Shown piece after piece: positions 52,230 to 62,023 of a DNA stretch of 64,000 nt. The position numbers were made by a program, and so were the translations under genes. The stretch comes from an uncultured Bacilli bacterium. GTDB lineage: Bacteria > Bacillota_I > Bacilli_A > RFN20 > DUOF01. Within the stretch, counting starts at the first letter, position 1. Every line of letters begins with the position of its first letter. The DNA is taken from NCBI GenBank assembly GCA_934183255.1, contig CAKPSD010000001.1:581728-645727 (forward strand), written 5' to 3'. Under the pieces are notes generated by a model. That model was given only the letters and a program-made list of their open reading frames with translations, had not been told where the DNA came from and searched no databases.

Positions 52230-54188
52230 ATGAATAGTAATTATTATTTAACATTGCTTTACAAAAAATCTTTAGAACTAAAGAAAATTCTTTCTACCAT
52301 TGATGAAAATGGATATTCTAGTGAGTATAAGAAATATTTGATATCAAGTTATATAATAACTTTAGATTCCATTTTAGAAATTGGAATTGGCGATTTACAC
52401 TCTCCTAAATTAGATGAATTAACTTCATTAATTTACTATACTAGGCAAAAAGCAGTTCACTACGGTTACTTTAATGGCATGCACAATGTTGAAAATATAG
52501 CCGCTAAAATCATTGAATTAACTGAGGAAAACTATAAAAATGAACTTGAATATTATAAAAAGCTATTTAATAGTGATAATTTTTATTGTGCTTCTAATCT
52601 CGTTATAAAGAATTCTTCTCAAATTCAATTAGATACATATTTTTATAAATTAAAGAGTAAAGATAATAACCAAGTATTATGTGTTCCATTAAGAAAAATG
52701 TTTTCTTTAACAAGTACTAGCAAAGATAAAGTTATTGAATATATAGTAGATACATCTGATCCTTTATCTTTATATTCATACGAAGAAGGCGGAAGGGTTG
52801 GAAATCACACTCTTTTATATATGGAGCAAGCTAAAGAATTTATAAAAGAAAATTTTGAAATTGTTAATGAAGATTATAATGAGCACAATAATGAAATGAT
52901 TAAAATTATTTCTAGTTTTATATCAGATCCAGTTAATTCAAATCAAATAATGGAATATGCTTCTCATGATACTTTTTGTAGGAATACAATTGATGTAATA
53001 AAAGATTTTATTGAAGAAAGAACTATGTTAAAAGCTTATTTAGATAGCAATCATTTAATTAAAGATAAATACACTGTTAGCAAAAGTCAAAAAACTGATT
53101 ATGTAAAACTTCAAAATAAATTTAAAAAATCAGCAATGCCATTTATTACACAAAGAGATGCCTTCTTTATAGATATGACCATTAAAAGAGCTACTTTTTA
53201 TAGAAATACTCTAATTGGAGATATAACTTCAGGATTAACTATAGACGATACTGTTTTGTGTCCTATTTTAATTCAATTATATGAAACAGGGCCTAAATAT
53301 TTTTCTAATCAATTTAAAAACTCTAACCCTGAATTTAGAAAGTGTTGTGAAAATTTACTCAAATATCGTATTATTTTCTCTCACTATCTACTAAATACTA
53401 AAGAATATAAAGAAAACTTACAAAACTTTAAAGAAGAATTTACTAAACTAATTCAAATGATTTCTATGATTAATACTGATGATATTAGAATACCTATATC
53501 AGAGAACTATGATACTTATAGATTAATAGAAAGAGACAAGTCAGAATTTTTCAACTATAAGCATGAGCAATTTTTACATATCAAAGGAAATACTTATATT
53601 GGTAAGAAAATATATTATTCTTCAAGAAATTCAGAAAGCAAAAATTTAATTGCTATTATTCCTAGTAATGATTCTTGTGTCTCTTACTATGAAAAAGATG
53701 CTAATGGATATTTAAATATAAAATACACAATAGATGAAAAAACTGGAAAGAAAAAGCAAATTCATAATCTTTCAAGCTCATTAAGAGGTTCAAAAGAAGT
53801 TTCAATAGACTTTAATTTATCAAATTTATTTAAGGCTTATAGTATGTTAAAAAGAATTAAATCTAATGGTGATATTTACATTGGATTTAATAGTTGCGAA
53901 GAAAATAATAAAATGGCGCATTATGATGATTTAGATAATGTTATCTTACGTTTCTATAATCAAGGATACTTGCCTGTAGAGTTATTACAACCTACTAAAT
54001 TAAGCACTACTAACTATGAAAATACAGGAATAGTGCACTTACTAGATAATAAAGATAATGTTATTGCTACTATTGTTAATAAGAAAAAATGTAAATTCAA
54101 TTTTGAATCTAAAAAAGATGAAAAGAGATTCTTCTCTAGAATAGATGATATTACTCATGATTTTTCAAGAAGGAGGCACAACAGATGA
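52230..54188 (+). CDS. Large hypothetical protein (652 aa) with N-terminal all-helical HEPN-like domain carrying an R-x4-H motif; no other recognisable domain
   Basis: N-terminal ~115 aa predicted four helices. YYTRQKAVHYGYF (R72, H77; nt 52443-52460). No Walker A, no TM, no signal peptide. Stop overlaps the next start (ATGA). Confidence 0.55.
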   Translation: MNSNYYLTLLYKKSLELKKILSTIDENGYSSEYKKYLISSYIITLDSILEIGIGDLHSPKLDELTSLIYYTRQKAVHYGYFNGMHNVENIAAKIIELTEENYKNELEYYKKLFNSDNFYCASNLVIKNSSQIQLDTYFYKLKSKDNNQVLCVPLRKMFSLTSTSKDKVIEYIVDTSDPLSLYSYEEGGRVGNHTLLYMEQAKEFIKENFEIVNEDYNEHNNEMIKIISSFISDPVNSNQIMEYASHDTFCRNTIDVIKDFIEERTMLKAYLDSNHLIKDKYTVSKSQKTDYVKLQNKFKKSAMPFITQRDAFFIDMTIKRATFYRNTLIGDITSGLTIDDTVLCPILIQLYETGPKYFSNQFKNSNPEFRKCCENLLKYRIIFSHYLLNTKEYKENLQNFKEEFTKLIQMISMINTDDIRIPISENYDTYRLIERDKSEFFNYKHEQFLHIKGNTYIGKKIYYSSRNSESKNLIAIIPSNDSCVSYYEKDANGYLNIKYTIDEKTGKKKQIHNLSSSLRGSKEVSIDFNLSNLFKAYSMLKRIKSNGDIYIGFNSCEENNKMAHYDDLDNVILRFYNQGYLPVELLQPTKLSTTNYENTGIVHLLDNKDNVIATIVNKKKCKFNFESKKDEKRFFSRIDDITHDFSRRRHNR

Positions 54189-54436
54189 TTACTAATGAAG
54201 GTTTAAAATCTATTTTTAATTCTTATAAAATAAATAATGTTGTTTTAGTGGAAAACGCTAACGAATTAAATTTTGTTATTTCTAATATGAATTCAAATAT
54301 TTCTCTAACAGAATGGGAAAATCTAGAAAACATTTTAAAAGATATTTATAAAAAAAATATTAATATAATGACTAAAAATCAATGTGTTAAATATTTAGGG
54401 AATGACTTTTTAAGTAAAGGAGTAGTGATTCTATGA
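54185..54436 (+). CDS. Small hypothetical protein (83 aa), second gene of operon
   Basis: Start overlaps the upstream stop; stop overlaps the downstream start (ATGA). No recognisable motif. Confidence 0.5.
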   Translation: MITNEGLKSIFNSYKINNVVLVENANELNFVISNMNSNISLTEWENLENILKDIYKKNINIMTKNQCVKYLGNDFLSKGVVIL

Positions 54437-54774
54437 AAAACGGGTACACTTTACTTAACACTTTAACTACTATTTTAAACAATAGTGAAAGTATAACTAA
54501 CTCTATAATTAATTGCGATAAAGAAACTTTTTCGACTAATGATACTCTTGTAAATTTAGGAATAGGATTATTATCTGAAGTTAATGACATTCTTACTAAT
54601 TTAGATGATGAAGTGTATATACTAAGTAGCAAACTATACAATCTAACATATCCTATTAAAGAATACGCTAGAACTATGTTCAATTCTTACAAATTTGTTA
54701 ATACTTATAAACTTTATGATTGTATAACTTTTGATATTTGTAATCTAAAGAATTATCTAAATTCATTACAATAA
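54433..54774 (+). CDS. Small hypothetical protein (113 aa), third gene of operon
   Basis: Translationally coupled to the previous ORF. No recognisable motif. Confidence 0.5.
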   Translation: MKNGYTLLNTLTTILNNSESITNSIINCDKETFSTNDTLVNLGIGLLSEVNDILTNLDDEVYILSSKLYNLTYPIKEYARTMFNSYKFVNTYKLYDCITFDICNLKNYLNSLQ

Positions 54775-54836
54775 ATAAAAAAAATTAAAAATACTCTTGA
54801 AATTATTGCTCATATTATATACAATAGTAGAGCAAA

Positions 54837-54910
54837 TGCAGATGTAGTTCAGTGGTAGAACACAACCTTGCCAAGGTTGCTATGGGGGTTCGATTCCCCT
54901 CATCTGCTCC
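54837..54910 (+). tRNA. tRNA-Gly (anticodon GCC)
   Basis: Cloverleaf: acceptor GCAGATG/CATCTGC, D-arm GTTCAGTGGTAGAAC, anticodon stem CAACC/GGTTG with loop TTGCCAA, T-arm GGGGTTCGATTCCCCTC, 3' CCA encoded. Own promoter (TTGAAA...TACAAT) and terminator. Confidence 0.9.
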
Positions 54911-54921
54911 ATAAATTGAAT

Positions 54922-54948
54922 TTTACCTAGAGAAATCTAGGTTTTTTT
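54922..54948 (+). terminator. Rho-independent terminator after tRNA-Gly
   Basis: CCTAG-AGAAAT-CTAGG followed by T7. Confidence 0.65.
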
Positions 54949-55115
54949 ATTATTTTTCTATTGAGGATATTTTTATTCAAAAGTAATCATTTTTATATGT
55001 GATGTTTTATTGTTGATATCTTTATGTTTTTCAAATATATCAATAAAAAAGTTAAAAAATTATGATATACTTTTTATATATAAAAAGCAAATCAATTAGA
55101 AAGAGAGGTAATATT

Positions 55116-56123
55116 ATGAAAAAGGTATATATAATAACTGGAGCTAATGGATTTTTAGGAAATAATATTGTAAGGAAATTACAGTTAAATAAAGAAAATG
55201 AAATAAGAGCGTTAGTATTACCAAATGATTCTATAAAATCATTAGATGGCTTAAATTGTAAAATTTATTATGGTGATGTAACAAAAAAAGAAAGCTTAGT
55301 TTCAATTTTCGAAGACCTTTATAATAAAGAAACATATGTAATTCATTGTGCTGGAGTTGTGTATATAAAATCTAAATATAGTCCTATTGTGTATGATGTA
55401 AATATTAATGGCACAAAAAATATTGTTGAACAAGTTTTAAAAAATAAAGCAAAACTTGTTTATGTTAGTAGTGTACATGCCATTATGGAAAAGCCAAATA
55501 ACGAATTAATTCTTGAAACTAACAATTTTGATCCTATGAAAGTAAAAGGGTTGTATTCAAAGACAAAAGCAGAAGCCACTAAGTATGTTCTTGATACAAT
55601 AAAAAGCAAAAATTTAAACGCTTGTATTGTCCACCCTTCTGGAATTATTGGCCCTTATGATTTTGGAAACAGTCATTTAACACAACTAATTAAAGAAGTT
55701 GCTAAAAAAAAGAATTTTGCAAGTGTAAAAGGGGGATATGATTTTGTAGATGTTAGAGATGTAGCAGATGCCATTATTAATGCTTGTGACAAAAAAAATC
55801 AAGGGGAATGTTATATCTTATCAAATAAATATTATACAATCAAAGAAATAACAGATTTGGTTTGTGATTTGCAGGGTAAAAAAAGAATCAAAATAATTTT
55901 ACCTATTTGGGTTGCAAAACTTGTAGCTCCTTTTTTTGAATTTCATTACAACTTAAAAAAGCAAACACCATTATTTACGAAATATTCTTTAAGTGTTTTA
56001 AAATCTAATGCTAATTTTAGTAGTAAAAAAGCTAAAGAAGAATTAAATTTTAAAAATACAGATATGAAAGATACAATTAAAGACACTCTAAATTGGTTAA
56101 AAAAAATGAATTTTATAGAATAA
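55116..56123 (+). CDS. NAD-dependent epimerase/dehydratase family protein (SDR, 3-beta-HSD/dihydroflavonol reductase-like)
   Basis: Start at ATG 55116 (MKKVYIITGANGFLGNNIVRKL, GxxGxxG) after RBS AGAGAGG. YSKTK catalytic Y-x3-K. Confidence 0.8.
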   Translation: MKKVYIITGANGFLGNNIVRKLQLNKENEIRALVLPNDSIKSLDGLNCKIYYGDVTKKESLVSIFEDLYNKETYVIHCAGVVYIKSKYSPIVYDVNINGTKNIVEQVLKNKAKLVYVSSVHAIMEKPNNELILETNNFDPMKVKGLYSKTKAEATKYVLDTIKSKNLNACIVHPSGIIGPYDFGNSHLTQLIKEVAKKKNFASVKGGYDFVDVRDVADAIINACDKKNQGECYILSNKYYTIKEITDLVCDLQGKKRIKIILPIWVAKLVAPFFEFHYNLKKQTPLFTKYSLSVLKSNANFSSKKAKEELNFKNTDMKDTIKDTLNWLKKMNFIE

Positions 56124-56149
56124 TTTAATAAAATACATTCTCTCAGTAA

Positions 56150-56180
56150 GTAAAAAAAGAACTGCTTGTTAGCAGTTCTA
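56150..56180. terminator. Bidirectional terminator between the epimerase gene (+) and the SUKH gene (-)
   Basis: AGAACTGC-TTGTT-AGCAGTTCT perfect hairpin. A7 upstream on the plus strand, which is the T-run on the minus strand. Confidence 0.6.
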
Positions 56181-56187
56181 AATAATT

Positions 56188-56715
56188 TTATTCTTCTTCC
56201 TCATCTACATCAAATGTTCCTGTATAATAATCAATTTCATACATTAGTAATTCAGGTAAGTAATCAAATTGCATTTCTTCTTCTTTTGTTTCTTTATTCC
56301 ATAAAGAATAATAATAACAATCATCTTCATCTAAGCCAATAAGAACTAGAACTCCATCTGTGCTTTCACCGATTAAAAGCATGTTATCTGGTACATTATA
56401 TTCTTTTCTAGTATCTGCAACTAAGTTTTGATAATAAATTCCATCAACATATTTTTTATCAGATGTTAAGCTAAATAATTTAATATCAAAATACTTTCCT
56501 CCATTAGATAATAAATATACTTGGAAAAAATCAGCAGGGAATTCTAAACCTATTTTTGTTTCAACTTCTGTTAACGCATCCATAACAGAATCATCTGCTC
56601 CTCTATATAAAGTTATATCATCTTCATATCCCAAAAGTGGTCTATACAAATTAATATATTCAGATCCTGATTTTTCACATGCATCAATAATCTCTTGTAA
56701 TTCTATCTTTTCCAT
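56188..56715 (-). CDS. SMI1/KNR4 (SUKH-1) family protein, putative polymorphic-toxin immunity protein (orphan)
   Basis: 175 aa. LEFPADFFQVYLLSNGG motif typical of SMI1/KNR4. Acidic C-terminus (DVDEEEE). No adjacent toxin gene. Confidence 0.65.
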   Translation of the reverse strand: MEKIELQEIIDACEKSGSEYINLYRPLLGYEDDITLYRGADDSVMDALTEVETKIGLEFPADFFQVYLLSNGGKYFDIKLFSLTSDKKYVDGIYYQNLVADTRKEYNVPDNMLLIGESTDGVLVLIGLDEDDCYYYSLWNKETKEEEMQFDYLPELLMYEIDYYTGTFDVDEEEE

Positions 56716-56831
56716 AAAATAATACCTCCTGTGTATATTTTGATTATAATTGATTTTTGTATTTTTTACATCATTTACAACATTTTTTTAGTATTTATGT
56801 TAAAATTAACAAGTAATAAAGAGGTGAAACA

Positions 56832-57770
56832 ATGTCTTTTTCAACTGATATAAAAAACGAGATAGTTAGATGTGAATATTCCCCAAGTGAAAAGATTGCA
56901 CTTCTTTCTGCTTTAATAAAAATAAATGGTACTTTAAGCATGGGAAATAAATCAATAGTTGTTGATGTTAGAACAGAAAATGCTAAGACTGCCAAACTTA
57001 TATTTTTAATTATAAAAGAAAAATATAATATTGAATGTAGACTTTTAGTTTCTAAAAAAAATAAGCTTAATAAAAACAATGTATATATAGCTCAAATTAG
57101 AAATAATAGTTTAGAAATATTAGAAGACTTAGAAATATATAAAGATGGTAGTTTAGAAGCTTTACCTACCATGAAAATATTGAAGAAAGAAAATGATAAA
57201 AGAGCTTATTTAGCCGGATGTTTTTTAGCAAGTGGAAGCATTAATGATCCTAGTTCTAAAAACTATCATTTGGAGGTTTCTACTAGTTACTTAAGACATG
57301 CTGAATATTTACAAAAAATGATATCTAAGTTTAATCTTAATCCTAAAACAATTAAAAGAAGAAACAAATATATTGTTTATTTAAAAAAGTCTGAAGAAAT
57401 AAGTGATTTTTTAAGAATTATTAACTCTCAACTTGGTGTACTTGAATTTGAAGAGGAAAGAATAAATAAAGACTATTGGAATTCTAATAACAGATTAAAT
57501 ATTTGTGAAATATCTAACGAAGTTAAAACTTTAAATTCTGCTAAAGAACAAGTTGAAGCAATAAACAAAATATATAATTATAAAAAAGAATATTTACTTG
57601 ATCAAAAAGATAAACAAATTGCAGAAATTAGATTATCTAATCCCGAAGCTAATCTTCAGGAAATAGCAGATATTTATACCGCTAAATATGATAAGCCTTT
57701 AAGCAAATCTGGTGTTAATCATCGTATTAGAAAAATAAAGCAAATAGCAAGTGAAATAAAAGGAGAATAA
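56832..57770 (+). CDS. whiA: DNA-binding protein WhiA
   Basis: MSFSTDIKNEIVRCEYSPSEKIALLSALIKINGTL N-terminus. LAGCFLASGSINDP LAGLIDADG-like. C-terminal HTH. Confidence 0.9.
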   Translation: MSFSTDIKNEIVRCEYSPSEKIALLSALIKINGTLSMGNKSIVVDVRTENAKTAKLIFLIIKEKYNIECRLLVSKKNKLNKNNVYIAQIRNNSLEILEDLEIYKDGSLEALPTMKILKKENDKRAYLAGCFLASGSINDPSSKNYHLEVSTSYLRHAEYLQKMISKFNLNPKTIKRRNKYIVYLKKSEEISDFLRIINSQLGVLEFEEERINKDYWNSNNRLNICEISNEVKTLNSAKEQVEAINKIYNYKKEYLLDQKDKQIAEIRLSNPEANLQEIADIYTAKYDKPLSKSGVNHRIRKIKQIASEIKGE

Positions 57771-57773
57771 TTT

Positions 57774-59252
57774 ATGGAAAGAAAGAGTGGAGTATTTTTA
57801 AGTATTTCTTCTTTGCCAAGTAAAGATGGTATTGGAACACTTGGTAAAAGTGCTTATAAATTTATAGATTTTTTAAAGGAAAGTGGCTTTTCATATTGGC
57901 AAATCTTACCATACAATCCAACTGGTTTTGGTAATTCACCTTATCAATCATTTTCTACTTTTGCAGGCAATCCTTATTATATAGATTTAAATCTCTTAAT
58001 AAATGAAAAAATATTATCCATGAAAGCTTTTAAAGAGTATAAATACGAAAATAGTGAAAATATTAATTATGGATTGTTATTTGAAGAAAAATTTAAAGTA
58101 CTAAGAAAAGCATACAATAAAAGTTATAAGAGATTAAAGAATGAAATAGAAGAGTTTTGTAAAGAAAATGCTTATTGGATAGAAGATTATAGTTTATTTA
58201 TGGCTATCAAAGACCTTTTGAATGGATGTAATTTTTTATATTGGCCTAGTAAGCTAAAGAAAAGAGATACTGAAGAGATAAAAAAATATAAAGAGTTATT
58301 AAGTGAAGATATTAACTTTTATAAATTTATTCAATATTTATTTTATAAACAATTTAAAAATTTAATAGGATACGCTAATGGACAAGGTATTGAATTAATT
58401 TGTGATTTACCTATTTATGTCTCTATGGATAGTAGTGATGTATGGGCTAACATAGATTTATTTATGTTTAATAGTGATTATGTCCCTAAATTAGTAGCGG
58501 GTGTTCCTCCTGATTATTTTAGTAAAACAGGTCAATTGTGGGGTAGCCCTTTATACAATTATAAAAAAATGAAAGAAGATAATTATTCTTGGTGGGTTAA
58601 TAGAGTTAAATATATAGGTAAATATTGTAAAAATATTAGAATTGATCATTTTAGAGGATTTGAAGCATTTTACGCAATAAAATATGGTGAAGAAACAGCG
58701 ATAAAAGGAAGATGGATTAAAGGTCCTGGCAAGGAACTATTTGATGAAATAGAAAAAGAATCTCCTGATATCCATATTATTGCTGAAGATTTAGGAGTAA
58801 TAACAAGATCTGTTAGAAAACTTATTAGAGAATGTAATTATCCTGGAATGAAAATACTTCAATTTGCTTTTGATGGTTCTAAAAATAATAGTTATTTACC
58901 TAAGAATCACACTCCTAATAGTGTTGTTTATATAGGGACTCATGATAATCAAACTTTGAAAGGTTTTGTTAATGATTTGGATGATGAAAAAAAAGAATAT
59001 ATAAGAAGTTGTTTTAGATATAAAGAGAAAACTATAGAAGAATTACTTATAAAAGCATTATTTAAATCAAAATCTAATTTAGCTATTATAAATGCTTGTG
59101 ATATGTTACTTAAAGATGATAATTATAGAATGAATGAGCCATCAACTTCAAATGATAAAAACTGGAGTTTTAGACTATTATCTTTAAAAGATTTACTTAA
59201 ATTAAAGAACAAATATAGAAGATTAAATAAGAAATATGAAAGGTCTAATTAA
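57774..59252 (+). CDS. malQ: 4-alpha-glucanotransferase (amylomaltase, GH77)
   Basis: RKSGVFLSISSLPSKDGIGTLGKSAYKFIDFL...WQILPYNPTG..NSPYQS. 492 aa. Confidence 0.92.
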   Translation: MERKSGVFLSISSLPSKDGIGTLGKSAYKFIDFLKESGFSYWQILPYNPTGFGNSPYQSFSTFAGNPYYIDLNLLINEKILSMKAFKEYKYENSENINYGLLFEEKFKVLRKAYNKSYKRLKNEIEEFCKENAYWIEDYSLFMAIKDLLNGCNFLYWPSKLKKRDTEEIKKYKELLSEDINFYKFIQYLFYKQFKNLIGYANGQGIELICDLPIYVSMDSSDVWANIDLFMFNSDYVPKLVAGVPPDYFSKTGQLWGSPLYNYKKMKEDNYSWWVNRVKYIGKYCKNIRIDHFRGFEAFYAIKYGEETAIKGRWIKGPGKELFDEIEKESPDIHIIAEDLGVITRSVRKLIRECNYPGMKILQFAFDGSKNNSYLPKNHTPNSVVYIGTHDNQTLKGFVNDLDDEKKEYIRSCFRYKEKTIEELLIKALFKSKSNLAIINACDMLLKDDNYRMNEPSTSNDKNWSFRLLSLKDLLKLKNKYRRLNKKYERSN

Positions 59253-59281
59253 GCCTTTTTATATTCTTTTTAGTTATAACT

Positions 59282-59315
59282 AAAAGACTTACTAGTTTAA
59301 GTCTTTTTTCTTTTC
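59282..59315 (+). terminator. Rho-independent terminator after malQ
   Basis: AAAAGACTT-ACTAGTTT-AAGTCTTTT followed by a T-run. Confidence 0.6.
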
Positions 59316-59374
59316 TGTTTTATTGTTAAAAGAATGCAGAAAATATATAATAAATAACATGGAAGGAGAAAAAT

Positions 59375-61999
59375 ATGAGTAAAAAATATGTTTATTTGTT
59401 CCATGAAGGAAATGGAACTATGCGTAATCTTTTAGGAGGTAAAGGTGCTGGTCTTGCTGAAATGTCTAATTTAGGTCTTCCTGTTCCAGGTGGATTTACA
59501 ATTACTACTGAAGCATGTATTAAATACTATGAAGACAATGAAACTTTAAGTCCTGAGATTCAAAAAGAAATTTTTGACACTTTAGCTGTTTTTGAAAAGA
59601 GTGTTGGAAAGAAATTAGGAGATCCTACTAACCCATTATTAGTTTCTGTAAGAAGTGGTGCTAGAGTATCAATGCCTGGTATGATGGATACTGTATTAAA
59701 CTTAGGTATCAACGATGAAATCGTTCAATCATTAATTAAATTTACAGGTAATGAAAAATTTGCATATGACTCTTATAGAAGATTTATTCAAATGTATAGT
59801 GATGTTGTTATAGGTTTACCTAAGAGTAGTTTTGAAAGAATCATTGATAAAATGAAAGAAGATAGAGGAGTTAAATTAGATAACGAATTAACTGCTGAAG
59901 ATTTAAAAGAGTTAGTTTCCAAATTTAAAGCTTACTATAAAGAAGCTAAAGGTGAAGATTTCCCTACAGATCCTAAAAAGCAATTGTTAACTGCTGCAGA
60001 GGCTGTATTTAGATCTTGGAATAACCCTAGAGCTATCTACTATCGTCAAATGAATGAAATTCCTCATGAATGGGGTACTGCTGTTAACGTTCAAATGATG
60101 GTATTTGGTAACATGGGTAATGATTGTGCTACTGGCGTTGCATTCTCAAGAAATCCATCTACTGGCGAAAATAAAATTTATGGAGAATTCTTAATTAATG
60201 CTCAAGGTGAAGATGTTGTTGCTGGTGTTCGTACTCCTATGAACATGGAACAATTAGGTGAGGTTATGCCTGATGTTTACAAACAATTCGTTGACACTGC
60301 TAGAAAACTAGAAAAGCATTATAAAAATATGCAAGATATGGAGTTTACTATTGAAAAAAATAAGCTTTATATGTTACAAACAAGAAATGGTAAGAGAACA
60401 GCTCAAGCTGCTTTACAAATAGCTTGTGATATGTACAATGAAGGTTTAGTTACTAAAGAAGAAGCTTTACTTCAAATAGAACCTAAACAATTAGATAACT
60501 TACTACACCCTACTTTCGATACTAAAGTATTAAAAGAAACTAAACCTCTTGCTAAAGCTTTACCTGCTTCACCTGGTGCTGCTTGTGGTAGAGTTGTATT
60601 CACTGCTGAAGAAGCTGTTGAATGGAAGCAAAAAGGTAATAAAGTTGTATTAGTAAGACTTGAAACTTCTCCAGAGGATATCGAAGGTATGCACGTTGCT
60701 GAAGGTGTTCTTACTGTTCGTGGAGGTATGACTTCTCACGCAGCTGTTGTTGCTAGAGGTATGGGCACTTGTTGTGTTGCTGGTTGTGGTGACATTGCAA
60801 TGCATGAAGAAGAAAAATATTTCACTTTAAATGGTAAAACTATTAAAGAGGGAGATTACATTTCACTTGATGGATCTACTGGTAATATTTATTTAGGTCA
60901 AATAGCTACAGTTCCTGCTACTATAAGTGGTAACTTTGAAACTATTATGAATTGGTCTAATGAATTCAAGAGACTAGGTGTTAGAACTAACGCTGATACT
61001 CCTCGTGATGCTAAACAAGCTAAAGCATTTGGTGCTGAAGGTATTGGTCTTTGTAGAACAGAGCATATGTTCTTTGAAGCAGATCGTATTAAAGCAATGA
61101 GAGAAATGATCGTTGCTAAAACTGTTGAACAAAGAGAAAAAGCATTAGAAAAATTATTACCTATGCAAAGAGGTGACTTTGAAGGATTATTCAAAGCCAT
61201 GGAAGGCGCTCCAGTTACTATAAGATATTTGGATCCACCTCTACATGAATTCTTGCCAACTGAAGAAAAAGATATCATTGAAATTGCTAAAGAATTAAAG
61301 ATTTCTACAGAAGAATTAAAGCAAGTAATTGCATCTCTTCATGAATTTAATCCAATGATGGGTCATAGAGGTTGCCGTTTAGCTGTTTCTTATCCTGAAA
61401 TTGCTGTAATGCAAACTAAAGCTGTAATTGAAGCTGCTATTAACGTGACTAAGGAATGTGGATATAAGATTGCTCCTGAAATTATGATTCCTCTAGTTGG
61501 TGAATTAAAAGAATTAGAATATGTTAAAAAGATAGTTGTAACAACTGCTGATGAACTAATCGCTAAGAGTGGTTTAGATATGCATTATAAAGTTGGTACA
61601 ATGATCGAATTACCTAGAGCATGCGTTAATGCTGATGAAATTGCTAAAGAAGCTGAATTCTTCTCATTTGGTACTAACGATTTAACTCAAATGACATTTG
61701 GTTTCTCTAGAGATGATGCTGGTAAATTCTTAAAAGATTATTATGATAAGAAGATTTACTTAAATGATCCATTCCAAAGATTTGACCAAGAAGGAACAGG
61801 AAAATTAGTAGCATTAGCTGTAGAAAAAGGTAAATCAACTAGACCTAATATTAAATTAGGTGTTTGTGGTGAACATGGTGGAGATCCTAGTTCAATAGAA
61901 TTCTTCCACAAAGTTGGATTAACTTATGTATCTTGTTCTCCATTTAGAGTTCCTATAGCTCGTCTTGCTGCTGCACAAGCTGCTATTAAGAACAAATAA
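59375..61999 (+). CDS. ppdK: Pyruvate, phosphate dikinase
   Basis: 874 aa. GGKGAGLAEM. Phospho-His region GGMTSHAAVVARGMGTCCVAG. PEP-utilising C-terminal domain. Confidence 0.95.
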   Translation: MSKKYVYLFHEGNGTMRNLLGGKGAGLAEMSNLGLPVPGGFTITTEACIKYYEDNETLSPEIQKEIFDTLAVFEKSVGKKLGDPTNPLLVSVRSGARVSMPGMMDTVLNLGINDEIVQSLIKFTGNEKFAYDSYRRFIQMYSDVVIGLPKSSFERIIDKMKEDRGVKLDNELTAEDLKELVSKFKAYYKEAKGEDFPTDPKKQLLTAAEAVFRSWNNPRAIYYRQMNEIPHEWGTAVNVQMMVFGNMGNDCATGVAFSRNPSTGENKIYGEFLINAQGEDVVAGVRTPMNMEQLGEVMPDVYKQFVDTARKLEKHYKNMQDMEFTIEKNKLYMLQTRNGKRTAQAALQIACDMYNEGLVTKEEALLQIEPKQLDNLLHPTFDTKVLKETKPLAKALPASPGAACGRVVFTAEEAVEWKQKGNKVVLVRLETSPEDIEGMHVAEGVLTVRGGMTSHAAVVARGMGTCCVAGCGDIAMHEEEKYFTLNGKTIKEGDYISLDGSTGNIYLGQIATVPATISGNFETIMNWSNEFKRLGVRTNADTPRDAKQAKAFGAEGIGLCRTEHMFFEADRIKAMREMIVAKTVEQREKALEKLLPMQRGDFEGLFKAMEGAPVTIRYLDPPLHEFLPTEEKDIIEIAKELKISTEELKQVIASLHEFNPMMGHRGCRLAVSYPEIAVMQTKAVIEAAINVTKECGYKIAPEIMIPLVGELKELEYVKKIVVTTADELIAKSGLDMHYKVGTMIELPRACVNADEIAKEAEFFSFGTNDLTQMTFGFSRDDAGKFLKDYYDKKIYLNDPFQRFDQEGTGKLVALAVEKGKSTRPNIKLGVCGEHGGDPSSIEFFHKVGLTYVSCSPFRVPIARLAAAQAAIKNK

Positions 62000-62023
62000 T
62001 TAAATACATAAAAGATTAACAAA

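Noticed and set aside
54387-54683. 98-aa minus-strand ORF overlapping the third gene of the novel operon
   Set aside because: Antisense to a translationally coupled plus-strand ORF. No RBS. Likely spurious.
60898-61278. 126-aa minus-strand ORF inside ppdK
   Set aside because: Antisense shadow of a highly conserved gene.
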